From an uncultured Acidimicrobiales bacterium (GTDB lineage: Bacteria > Actinomycetota > Acidimicrobiia > Acidimicrobiales > SHLQ01), in contig CAZLWE010000013.1 in the NCBI GenBank assembly GCA_964562985.1, positions 255 to 64,254 on the forward strand: DNA of 64,000 bases, in the 5' to 3' direction. The translations under genes and the position numbers were made by a program. Positions 56,801 through 64,000 of this stretch are shown piece after piece. A model generated the notes under the pieces. The model was given only the letters and a program-made list of their open reading frames with translations. It was not told the origin of the DNA and searched no databases. How positions within the stretch are numbered: position 1 is the stretch's first letter; each line of letters starts with the position of its first letter.

Positions 56801-57949
56801 TCCACTGACGGTGAGGGTGCTGATCTTCGAGATAACGCTGATTTCCTCGCCTCGCAGTACCGCTGCGAGCGATCCCAACGGTTCGTTCGCCCAGACTGTC
56901 CCATCGAATACTTCGAGCTCGAACGGTCGCCCAGCGATACCGAAACGAACATCGTCAACCTCGGACCGTTCGTCAAGGTCGACAACGATGATGCGGCCCT
57001 CCTCATAGTTGGGAAGGTATGCGACGTTGTCCACCGCGACCGGGTCACCCCAGTTCTCTGGTGCGCTGCGATTCTCGATTGGGATCTGCAGACAGTCATT
57101 CGAGTCAGGCAGCGACACGCTGAGGACGCCTGCGGCCGTGTCGTGCACGAGGACTCGCCGCACTCCCCCAACATCGGTGAGCTCATTGCCACCAATTCGG
57201 ACACCGCTGAGTGACCCGGATACGCATGTTGTCGGGCCGAGGCTTCCGTTTGCTAGAACCTCATTTACCGAACGTCGGCTCGCGTCTACGACAAACGTGC
57301 CAAGTGCCGTACGTGCCAGACCCGGTGCTTCACTGCTGTCATCCAAGGGGCCTGGCAATCCAGCGAGGGAGATGAACTGCCCCACACCATTTGTGACGCC
57401 TACCCGGGTTGCATCAGTAGTGACCGCTACCAATTCACCTTGGGCATCAATCACCCGGTCTCCGAGGCCGTCATCGGTACGGATCTCCACGGGTACACCA
57501 GCCCCCGGGTCCACGACCAAGATTCGCTCGTCCGAAACGAGGAACCCAGAACGCGACGCATCAAAGTCTGCAAGCAACTCGAAGGTCTCTTCATCGGCAG
57601 AGTCGGTCGCGTCGAGCTCTTCCATGCTGTCGATGTTGAGCGACGATGCGCCAATAACTCCCAGCTCGCTGGACGACCCGTTCAAGAAGACCGCGTCTCG
57701 TCCGCGAGGAAGGACCTGCAGTTGGTCGCCTGGCTCCCCAACATCCACCGAGGCGGTGACTTCCTCGGTTACACCGTTGATCAACAAAATTCGTCCGCGA
57801 GCGCCATCCTCAACCCACACCACGGGATCGCTGAGAGCTACCCCCGCTGACGCTTGGCTACCCAAGCGGAAAACGAGGAAGAATATGAGGATGACCCCTG
57901 CCGCGAAGAAGGCCATCCAAGCCCACCTTGGCAGGGAAATACTTCGCAC
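53882..57949 (-). CDS. large N-terminally anchored surface protein with multiple PKD repeats and a poly-Thr C-terminus
   Basis: 1355 aa: N-terminal TM helix, about 450-aa unassigned beta-rich region, acidic linker, seven repeats with W-x-F-G-D-G type PKD signature, three degenerate Ig-like repeats, then a Thr-rich tail of about 60 aa. Confidence 0.85.
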   Translation of the reverse strand: MRSISLPRWAWMAFFAAGVILIFFLVFRLGSQASAGVALSDPVVWVEDGARGRILLINGVTEEVTASVDVGEPGDQLQVLPRGRDAVFLNGSSSELGVIGASSLNIDSMEELDATDSADEETFELLADFDASRSGFLVSDERILVVDPGAGVPVEIRTDDGLGDRVIDAQGELVAVTTDATRVGVTNGVGQFISLAGLPGPLDDSSEAPGLARTALGTFVVDASRRSVNEVLANGSLGPTTCVSGSLSGVRIGGNELTDVGGVRRVLVHDTAAGVLSVSLPDSNDCLQIPIENRSAPENWGDPVAVDNVAYLPNYEEGRIIVVDLDERSEVDDVRFGIAGRPFELEVFDGTVWANEPLGSLAAVLRGEEISVISKISTLTVSGTEQGEGEGIDAAAGESETDEIIFGQRGEFGFGSAGLSVGEGGDALAVPDGEGDELDADDLDLPFEGELSNAPLIVELEQQVLDETVVEEELQANFTFSSDTVNAGEVVELLDSSAGNPTSWNWDFGDGTGANGPQATKSWDTEGVFTVTLFVANEAGDESQQSFDFTVVAPDLLRVPTADFTFETSTVEVGEALQFFDQSTGDPDVLLWSFGEGSTATGTAPTHTFSTPGQFTVSLTASNEAGADTANAIITVVESVSPPEAVIGAFPGIVEVGQTITLLSESTNSPTSTTWDFDDGQGSLGTVVRHSWTEPGTYRIRLQVSNSAGTDTTFSDITVEPAVQPPIARFGESTLEVVVGEEIRFNDLSLNNPTLITWEFGDNTSDQGANVVKAWTEPGTFTVTQTVSNDAGSDSAAKTVTVLPLPPNPPIASFTVPTAVVPVNQPLRFTDSSTGDPTEWRWDFGDNGPRSTAQSPVRPFDMPGTYTVTLTASNAGGSDSTSLIVTVVDPPVASFSSVIDELLVSFTDTSSNGPTAWEWDFGDGTASTAQSPNKTYALPGTYTVTLIATNDGGSSTEFEQTLTVNRAPTAAFSVTTGALSAQFTNTSTDLPIQGSTVLWDFGDGDTTAVRSPNHLYDAAGTYEVTLTVTNGAGSDTTTQMVTVVNAPPTAAFTCSQTAGSDIVSCDASSSTGAATFAWSAPDAANPAPSGSFVSFAFPSTGVFPIELTVTAADGQTDVFERDVPVTITPPAPQVSVVSSLVGTTVSATASADQAITNWAWSIDGDGVVTDGVGPDASFTVPSPATTYTITVTGTNGNGSDTAFTTEVTPALPPPSVSLVTSLTGNTIMASASANQTITNWVWSISGNGVVVDGVGPDAVFTAPSANTSYTITVTGSNGNGSDTATSAEMTPPAPTTTTTTVAPTTTTTTVAPTTTTTTTTTTTTTTTTTTTTTTTTTTTVAPTTTTTTTTAVPGP

Positions 57950-58062
57950 GACTCCAGTCTAGGTACTCCCCAACGTGATGTCAGGCCAGTTTTCAGTTAC
58001 GCCAAGCGGTTGTAACAAACAGTCCCGAATAAGGCACGAGTTGTAACACTAACCCCCGGGAA

Positions 58063-59076
58063 TTAGTGGACTTCCCAGGTCGGATTTGACGTCAAGAGTG
58101 CAGAAAGATCTCCAGGACCCTTCTTTTCTTGGGCAGCAGCGAGTTGTTCCGTTGTCTCTGCGGAGTATTCACCGCGGTCCGCGGCGCGGAACACACCCAT
58201 AGGGGTGGGCTCGTGTGGGCCGGCGGCGAGACGCGATAGCGCAAAGGCGACACCCGGGCACGGATCGGTCTCGTCGTGGACGTGCAACGCATCCGCGCCA
58301 ACGTCGTCGACGTTCACGATCGTGGCCACGCCATTGTCGAACACCACGCCCTTCTCTTGTTCAGCACCGAATCGAATCGGCTCACCGTGGATGAGCGAAA
58401 TGAGGTTCGCGTCGCGGTTTGCCTTCTTCGTAATGGTGTCGAATTGGCCGTCGTTGAAGACGTTGCAGTTCTGGTAGATCTCCACGAGCGATGCGCCATT
58501 GTGCGCATGGGCCCGTCGGAAGGTCTCCTGCATGTGCTTGCGATCCAAATCGTGGGTTCTCGCCACGAATGAGGCTTCGGCACCAAGGGCGACACTCACC
58601 GCATTGAACGGCTGATCGAGTGAGCCGTACGGCGACGACTTGGTCACCTTGCCCGGCGTGCTCGTTGGCGAGAATTGGCCCTTCGTCAGGCCATAGATCA
58701 TGTTGTTGAACAACAAGATGTTGACGTTGACGTTGCGGCGGAGAGCGTGGATCAAGTGGTTGCCACCGATGGACAACATGTCGCCATCGCCACCCACAAC
58801 CCAAACATCAAGCTCAGGGCGAGCCAGCTTCAGTCCGGTCGCGAACGCTGGCGCTCGCCCGTGGATCGAGTGCATCCCGTAGGTGTTCATGTAGTACGGG
58901 AATCGAGCAGCACAGCCAATACCGGAGATGAAGACGGTGTCCTCTCGCCGAACGTCGAGTTCGGGCATGAGGAGCTGCAGGGCGGTCAAGATCGAGTAGT
59001 CGCCACATCCAGGGCACCATCGAACTTCTTGGTCGGTTGACCAATCCTTCTTGGTTGTTGCAGGTGCGTTCGCCAT
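58063..59076 (-). CDS. korB: 2-oxoacid:ferredoxin oxidoreductase subunit beta
   Basis: WCPGCGDY ... GIGC TPP/Fe-S-type motifs. 337 aa. Confidence 0.9.
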   Translation of the reverse strand: MANAPATTKKDWSTDQEVRWCPGCGDYSILTALQLLMPELDVRREDTVFISGIGCAARFPYYMNTYGMHSIHGRAPAFATGLKLARPELDVWVVGGDGDMLSIGGNHLIHALRRNVNVNILLFNNMIYGLTKGQFSPTSTPGKVTKSSPYGSLDQPFNAVSVALGAEASFVARTHDLDRKHMQETFRRAHAHNGASLVEIYQNCNVFNDGQFDTITKKANRDANLISLIHGEPIRFGAEQEKGVVFDNGVATIVNVDDVGADALHVHDETDPCPGVAFALSRLAAGPHEPTPMGVFRAADRGEYSAETTEQLAAAQEKKGPGDLSALLTSNPTWEVH

Positions 59077-59077
59077 C

Positions 59078-61030
59078 TCAGGCCTCCGTTCCGGTCATCA
59101 TGGAAGTGATGATGTGTTCGAGCTCGCCGGCAGTAAACGGCTGGCCCATGACTTTGTTGATTGGCTTTGCGTCGATCAGGAATTCATAACGCAAGATCTT
59201 CACGAGCTGCCCCATGTTCAGTTCGGGTACATAAATGTTGTCGTAGCGGCTCAGTACCTCGCCCAGATCCTTTGGAAGTGGGTTGAGGTGCGTGAGGTGG
59301 ATGTGCGCGATCGGTGTGCCAGAGTCAGCTAGGCGCCGCGAGGCTCCGCGAATTGCGCCCCAGGTTGAGCCCCAGCCGACGACCGCAGTCTTTGAGTTCG
59401 GATCACCGCTTACGTCAGTAAGCGGAATGTCATCGGCGATCAACTCGATGCGCTTTTGGCGGATGTCGGTCATCTTGCCATGATTGGCCGGGTCATAGGA
59501 GACGTTTCCGGTTCCGTCCTGTTTCTCCAAACCACCCACACGGTGCATGAGACCATCGGTTCCAGGTACCGCCCACGGCCGAACGAGCTTCTCGTCACGC
59601 ATGTAGGGCCAGAAGACTCCCTCGCCATCTTCGTTGGTCTGGTTTGGCTCGGTCGCGAACTCGACATCGATTGTCGGAAGCGACGCTACGTCGGGCAACT
59701 TCCATGGTTCTGAGCCATTGGCCAAATAGCCGTCGGAGAGCAACATGACCGGGGTCTTGTAGGTGAGAGCGATTCGAGCAGCTTCTATTGCAGCGTCGAA
59801 GCAGTTGGACGCGCTGTACGCCGAAACGACAGGCATCGGTGACTCGCCATGGCGGCCGTACATCGCCATCATCAAGTCGGACGCTTCGGTCTTGGTCGGT
59901 AGACCCGTCGAAGGGCCACCACGCTGAATATCGACGATGATCAGTGGTAGCTCGAGGATGATCGCCAAACCGATCGCCTCGCCCTTGAGCGCAACGCCCG
60001 GACCAGAGGTGGTGGTAACTGCCAAATGGCCGCCGTAGGCGGCGCCGATCGCTGAGGACACTGCGGCAATCTCATCCTCGGCTTGGAAGGTGCGTACGCC
60101 GAAGTTCTTGTGCTTCGCGAGTTCGTGCAAGATGTCGGAGGCCGGTGTGATTGGATACGAACCCAAGAACATTGGCAAGTCCGCCTGCTGCGACGCAGCG
60201 ATGAGACCCCACGAGAGAGCGGTATTTCCGTTGATGTTTGTGTACGTACCCGGCTCAAGGCTTGCAGGTGCGATCGAAACAACATGGCTACCCAACTCGG
60301 CGGTTTCGCCGTAGGCGTGCCCGGCATGGAACGCTGCGGTGTTCGCAGCGATAACCGTCTCCTTGCCTTTGAACTTCTGCTTGACCCATTCCAAGGTCGG
60401 TTCGGTCGGGCGGGTGTACATCCACGACACGAGTCCCAGCGCGAAGAAGTTCTTGGATCGCTCCGCAGTACGCGGCTTGACGCCTTCGATCTCCGAGCAT
60501 GCTTCACGAGTGAGCTTCGACATCGGGACCGTGATCACCGTGTAACCGTCCAGCGAATTGTCCTCAAGCGGATTATCGCTGTAGCCAGCCTTCTCCAGGT
60601 TGCGATCGTCGAACGCATCCTCATTGATAATGAGCGTGCCACCGCCGGCCAACCGGCCAAGATCGGACTGCAATGCAGCCGGGTTCATGGCGACCAAGAC
60701 GGTCGGCTCATCGCCTGGGGTCGAGATCTCTTGGCTACTGATTTGGACTTGGAAGGCCGAGACTCCGGCGAGCGTTCCTTGCGGGGCTCGAATCTCGGCG
60801 GGGAACTCCGGCAACGTCGCCAAGTCGTTCCCGAAGAGGGCGCTCGCATTGGTGAAACGGTCACCGGTGAGCTGCATGCCATCGCCTGAATCGCCAGCGA
60901 AGCGAATAACCACCCGATCGACATCTCGCCCGACCGGAGCTGCTACGTCAGTCATATTTCTCCCTACCCGCTCGTATTTTGGGGCCTGGTAGGTGGCATC
61001 GTTGCCACCGACCAAAAGGCTAGCGTTCAA
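59078..61030 (-). CDS. korA: 2-oxoacid:ferredoxin oxidoreductase subunit alpha (fused alpha/gamma)
   Basis: 650 aa. Layout typical of actinobacterial KorA. It lies immediately upstream of korB. Confidence 0.9.
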   Translation of the reverse strand: MNASLLVGGNDATYQAPKYERVGRNMTDVAAPVGRDVDRVVIRFAGDSGDGMQLTGDRFTNASALFGNDLATLPEFPAEIRAPQGTLAGVSAFQVQISSQEISTPGDEPTVLVAMNPAALQSDLGRLAGGGTLIINEDAFDDRNLEKAGYSDNPLEDNSLDGYTVITVPMSKLTREACSEIEGVKPRTAERSKNFFALGLVSWMYTRPTEPTLEWVKQKFKGKETVIAANTAAFHAGHAYGETAELGSHVVSIAPASLEPGTYTNINGNTALSWGLIAASQQADLPMFLGSYPITPASDILHELAKHKNFGVRTFQAEDEIAAVSSAIGAAYGGHLAVTTTSGPGVALKGEAIGLAIILELPLIIVDIQRGGPSTGLPTKTEASDLMMAMYGRHGESPMPVVSAYSASNCFDAAIEAARIALTYKTPVMLLSDGYLANGSEPWKLPDVASLPTIDVEFATEPNQTNEDGEGVFWPYMRDEKLVRPWAVPGTDGLMHRVGGLEKQDGTGNVSYDPANHGKMTDIRQKRIELIADDIPLTDVSGDPNSKTAVVGWGSTWGAIRGASRRLADSGTPIAHIHLTHLNPLPKDLGEVLSRYDNIYVPELNMGQLVKILRYEFLIDAKPINKVMGQPFTAGELEHIITSMMTGTEA

Positions 61031-61096
61031 GCCATAGCAAACATGTCATCGGTCACCACAATTTCAGATGTACGTCAGCGTTATTGGGTGTCGCTT

Positions 61097-62407
61097 CTAG
61101 CTGCGGGCACGCTCTCCGGCGTCCAGATACGAGGCGTCCTTCGAAGCAATCCATCCGAAAAGCTTCCGGCTCTTCGGGATCTTCCCGTCTCGTTCCAGGA
61201 AATCGGCCAACACGTACGCCCGACGAAGATGATGAACTTCGGGTTGCCGCGGTGGCTTCCAACCCTTCTCCAGCAACCGAATCGCATCTCCATATTGGCC
61301 TCGATCTCCGTGGGCGCCGGCCATGACGATCCGCCCCTCGGCCATCAGCTCCGGCGAAGGAGAGTGCTCGCCGAGTTCGGACCACAGCTCATCGACGTCA
61401 GCCCAGTTGCCGACGGCGCGGTGACAGTCCATCAGAACCGGATTCTGTTCGGTGGTGCCCGATCGGTCTCGGAAGCCTTCAAGCTCCTCGATCGCTTCGT
61501 CCCATCGCCCTAGCCGGTAGAGGCAAAGGCCGAATAGTTCCTGCACTTCAACAATCTCGGCGAAGCGTTTCGCCATAGGCTTGATCGTTCGAAGGCAATC
61601 GTCGAAGCGGTCATCTTGATATTCGTTTGCGGCTCGCTTAAAAAGCCTCCAAGAGTCGGCGCCCTTTTGCTTCCCGGCGAGGCGCGTCATTTCCTTGGTG
61701 ATGTCACGCGGATTGGGTGGTCGTCCTGGCAAGGGACGCCTATCGACTACCGGTTTCTTTCCGGTAGCGTCCCGTTCGTAGGGCTCCATGGCACCCCGAT
61801 CGATCGCACGCTGGGCTTGGGTCCGCAGGTCATCTTGACGAGCAGCTTTGGCATCACGCTTGGCTTGGCGCTTTTCGAACTTGACCCGTTCTTCGGCGTT
61901 GAATCGCTCGTTCTCTGCCGCTTCGATCTCATCATTGCGTTGACCAATCGTCGCGCCGATAGCTCCATGCTTGGCGACGCTCCCCCAGCCGGAGTTCTCC
62001 GCGCGTGCCTTGGACTTCTCCGGCTCGCCTCGCCGAGCGCTATGCGCAGCCTTGGTCGAGGTTTGCGGTCGGCCGTCGCGCTGTCCTGACCGCGCTCCTT
62101 GACGGCCATCGCGGTCGCCATCTCGGCGTTTGCCTTTGTAGCCGCCGTCGCGTTTGCCTTTGTAGCCTCGGGAGTTCGACCGCGAATCGCTTCGGTTGTC
62201 GTCGCGGCTATTGCGCGAACTATCCCGACGCTTCCCGCCCGAACCGTCGCTTCGGCCCTTGTAACCCCCAGAATTCGACCGAGATCGGCCCGACCCCGAT
62301 GACTTGGGCCCACCCGAGCGCTTCGGGCCGTTCCCGCGTTCATTTCGCTGGCCTCGTGAACCAGACTGTTTGCGGGACGCGCCTTGGCGTCGACCTGAAG
62401 AAGACAT
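61097..62407 (-). CDS. protein with Arg/Gly/Ser/Lys-rich disordered N-terminus and TPR-like C-terminal domain
   Basis: 436 aa. The first ~130 aa is low complexity with three G-Y-K-G-[KR] motifs. A charged coiled segment follows, then a helical-repeat region (LGRWDEAIEELE...). Confidence 0.65.
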   Translation of the reverse strand: MSSSGRRQGASRKQSGSRGQRNERGNGPKRSGGPKSSGSGRSRSNSGGYKGRSDGSGGKRRDSSRNSRDDNRSDSRSNSRGYKGKRDGGYKGKRRDGDRDGRQGARSGQRDGRPQTSTKAAHSARRGEPEKSKARAENSGWGSVAKHGAIGATIGQRNDEIEAAENERFNAEERVKFEKRQAKRDAKAARQDDLRTQAQRAIDRGAMEPYERDATGKKPVVDRRPLPGRPPNPRDITKEMTRLAGKQKGADSWRLFKRAANEYQDDRFDDCLRTIKPMAKRFAEIVEVQELFGLCLYRLGRWDEAIEELEGFRDRSGTTEQNPVLMDCHRAVGNWADVDELWSELGEHSPSPELMAEGRIVMAGAHGDRGQYGDAIRLLEKGWKPPRQPEVHHLRRAYVLADFLERDGKIPKSRKLFGWIASKDASYLDAGERARS

Positions 62408-62466
62408 TGGCTCAGGTTACAGGCGCGCCGCGCGTACGAGCGAGACCACGCAGCGAGGCCTGGACG

Positions 62467-63114
62467 CTATCGGTAGCCGAATACCTCGAAGTCTGCAGCG
62501 AAGAATGAGCGCACACGGTCACGGGCGACCCGTGACAGCGGGGCGGAGGAGTCCCGCTTGGGGCCAGCGTTCAGACGCTCCGTCAGACACCGGTCGACGC
62601 CGATCTGACGGGCAACCGCGGCAAAGTCATCGACAAGCTGTTCGAACCGGCCCACGAAGTCCACCATCACGGTGCCATCGGGAGCACACAAGAAATCGAC
62701 CTGGGGGCGAAAGTGCGCGATCGATTCATATCCCGGCTGGCCGAGGTACTCGAGCACGAACTCCTCCAGGTTCGCAATCTCGTCGAACCGTGGTGCGACC
62801 TCGAGGTCGCTCCGATGTTGGCGTCCGCCAGCCTTGAGGTAGGCAAACGCTGAGGCCAATCGATCGAGCGGCTCTCGGACGAATCCAAAGGTAAACATCT
62901 GTGCGTAGCGCTCGGCGCCATAAATCAGGCGGTATGTCTGCGCTGGGCGGTGACCGCCAACCGTGCCGGAATCGAATAACGCTTTAGAAATCGACACGCC
63001 GCCGGTCTTCGGGATGTGCACAAAGACGGCATCGAGCTCTTCGAAGACGGCCATCTGCGCTCGCGCTGCGGCGTATCGCCGGCCATAGCGAACTCGAGCG
63101 AGTGCGGACTTCAT
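62467..63114 (-). CDS. sulfotransferase family protein
   Basis: VHIPKTGGVSI matches the PAPS 5'-phosphosulfate-binding loop of Sulfotransfer_2-type enzymes. The start could be ATG 63054 instead. Confidence 0.7.
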   Translation of the reverse strand: MKSALARVRYGRRYAAARAQMAVFEELDAVFVHIPKTGGVSISKALFDSGTVGGHRPAQTYRLIYGAERYAQMFTFGFVREPLDRLASAFAYLKAGGRQHRSDLEVAPRFDEIANLEEFVLEYLGQPGYESIAHFRPQVDFLCAPDGTVMVDFVGRFEQLVDDFAAVARQIGVDRCLTERLNAGPKRDSSAPLSRVARDRVRSFFAADFEVFGYR

Positions 63115-63160
63115 AGGTTGTCGATCGGCAGTAGGCCAAAAGAACTAAGTGAGTGGGTCG

Positions 63161-63199
63161 AAAACTAGGAGGAGCCACCCCGAAGGGTGGCTCTACTCC
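63161..63199 (-). terminator. intrinsic terminator (second copy), UUCG tetraloop hairpin plus U tract
   Basis: The minus strand reads GGAGUAGAGCCACCC-UUCG-GGGUGGCUCCUCC-UAGUUUU. It lies within a 60-nt block (63161..63220) identical to 63371..63430, the copy downstream of the 5S gene. Confidence 0.6.
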
Positions 63200-63366
63200 A
63201 ATGCGAAACCGGCGGCGACCGCCGTTCGCTCCGCTCACTAACCGAGTTTCTCGGCTGCGCCTCCAAACTCGCACGGTCCAGTGCGGAGCGTGGAGGCACT
63301 CTCCCAGGCCCATTCGAACCAAGTACCATCGGCGCAACTGCGATTGATTGTTGTGTTCGGAACGAG
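63200..63366 (-). ncRNA. 5'-truncated 5S-rRNA-like element with a 77-nt insertion (function unknown; may be a pseudogene)
   Basis: Position 63340..63298 is 100% identical to 5S 63474..63432. Position 63220..63200 is identical to the 5S 3' end. 77 nt (63297..63221) replace one base of the true gene. The 5' helix I strand is absent. Confidence 0.4.
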
Positions 63367-63370
63367 TCGC

Positions 63371-63409
63371 AAAACTAGGAGGAGCCACCCCGAAGGGTGG
63401 CTCTACTCC
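63371..63409 (-). terminator. intrinsic terminator downstream of the 5S rRNA gene
   Basis: Same UUCG-tetraloop hairpin plus UAGUUUU, starting about 9 nt after the 5S 3' end. Confidence 0.7.
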
Positions 63410-63417
63410 AATGCGAA

Positions 63418-63535
<118 letters not shown>

Positions 63536-63720
63536 TGTTACACCGCGTTGGCCGTGTGCGATCTCTATAACTGCTGATTTCTATTCAGTTGTCAAAGCCA
63601 GAGGCGTTTCGCAAACCTCTGACAGTCCTCTCCTCGAGGATTCCATAGCGAGCACGAACATCGGGTATTAGTACTTCCCAATCCTTTTTCACACGACAAG
63701 TCGAGTGAAATCATGAGATT

Positions 63721-64000
<280 letters not shown>

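Overview
High-GC, Actinomycetota-type chromosomal segment that is almost fully coding and mostly core housekeeping. I count about 62 protein genes, one tRNA-Pro(GGG), and the 3' end of an rRNA operon (23S 3' end plus 5S) on the minus strand at the right edge. Recognisable blocks, left to right:
- furA-katG
- small-molecule enzymes (2OG oxygenase, saccharopine-DH-like, NT5C, nucleotidyltransferase, HAD, mycothione reductase)
- a four-gene conservon (cvnA-D-like)
- aroC
- the actinobacterial pgsA-gcvH-FHA-DUF151 nuclease-MerR cluster
- DUF2079/SRAP
- an amidase and a stand-alone LigD polymerase domain
- DUF512-der-PP2C
- ispH
- a short poorly conserved stretch with a DUF222/HNH gene behind a LexA-type box
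- scpA-scpB-rluB-tyrA-aroA::cmk-plsC
- photolyase
- MoxR-DUF58-transglutaminase
- tlyA-nadK-recN-pyrG-nudix-xerD-HD
- a 1355-aa PKD-repeat surface protein
- korAB
- an Arg/Gly/Ser-rich TPR protein and a sulfotransferase.
I saw no CRISPR array, transposase, phage integrase or recognisable defence island. The signal that gene annotation least explains is a second, 5'-truncated 5S-like unit just downstream of the true 5S gene. It carries a 77-nt self-complementary insertion and its own exact copy of the 5S terminator. Other points worth a second look:
- the conservon sensor's roughly 360-aa Pro/Ala tail with an in-frame hexanucleotide microsatellite
- a probable ATC start for tlyA
- a zinc-ribbon FHA protein in the GarA position
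- the aroA::cmk fusion
- the RGG-like TPR protein
- the Thr-tailed PKD protein.
All functional calls come from reading the translations and recalling family motifs; no database search was run.
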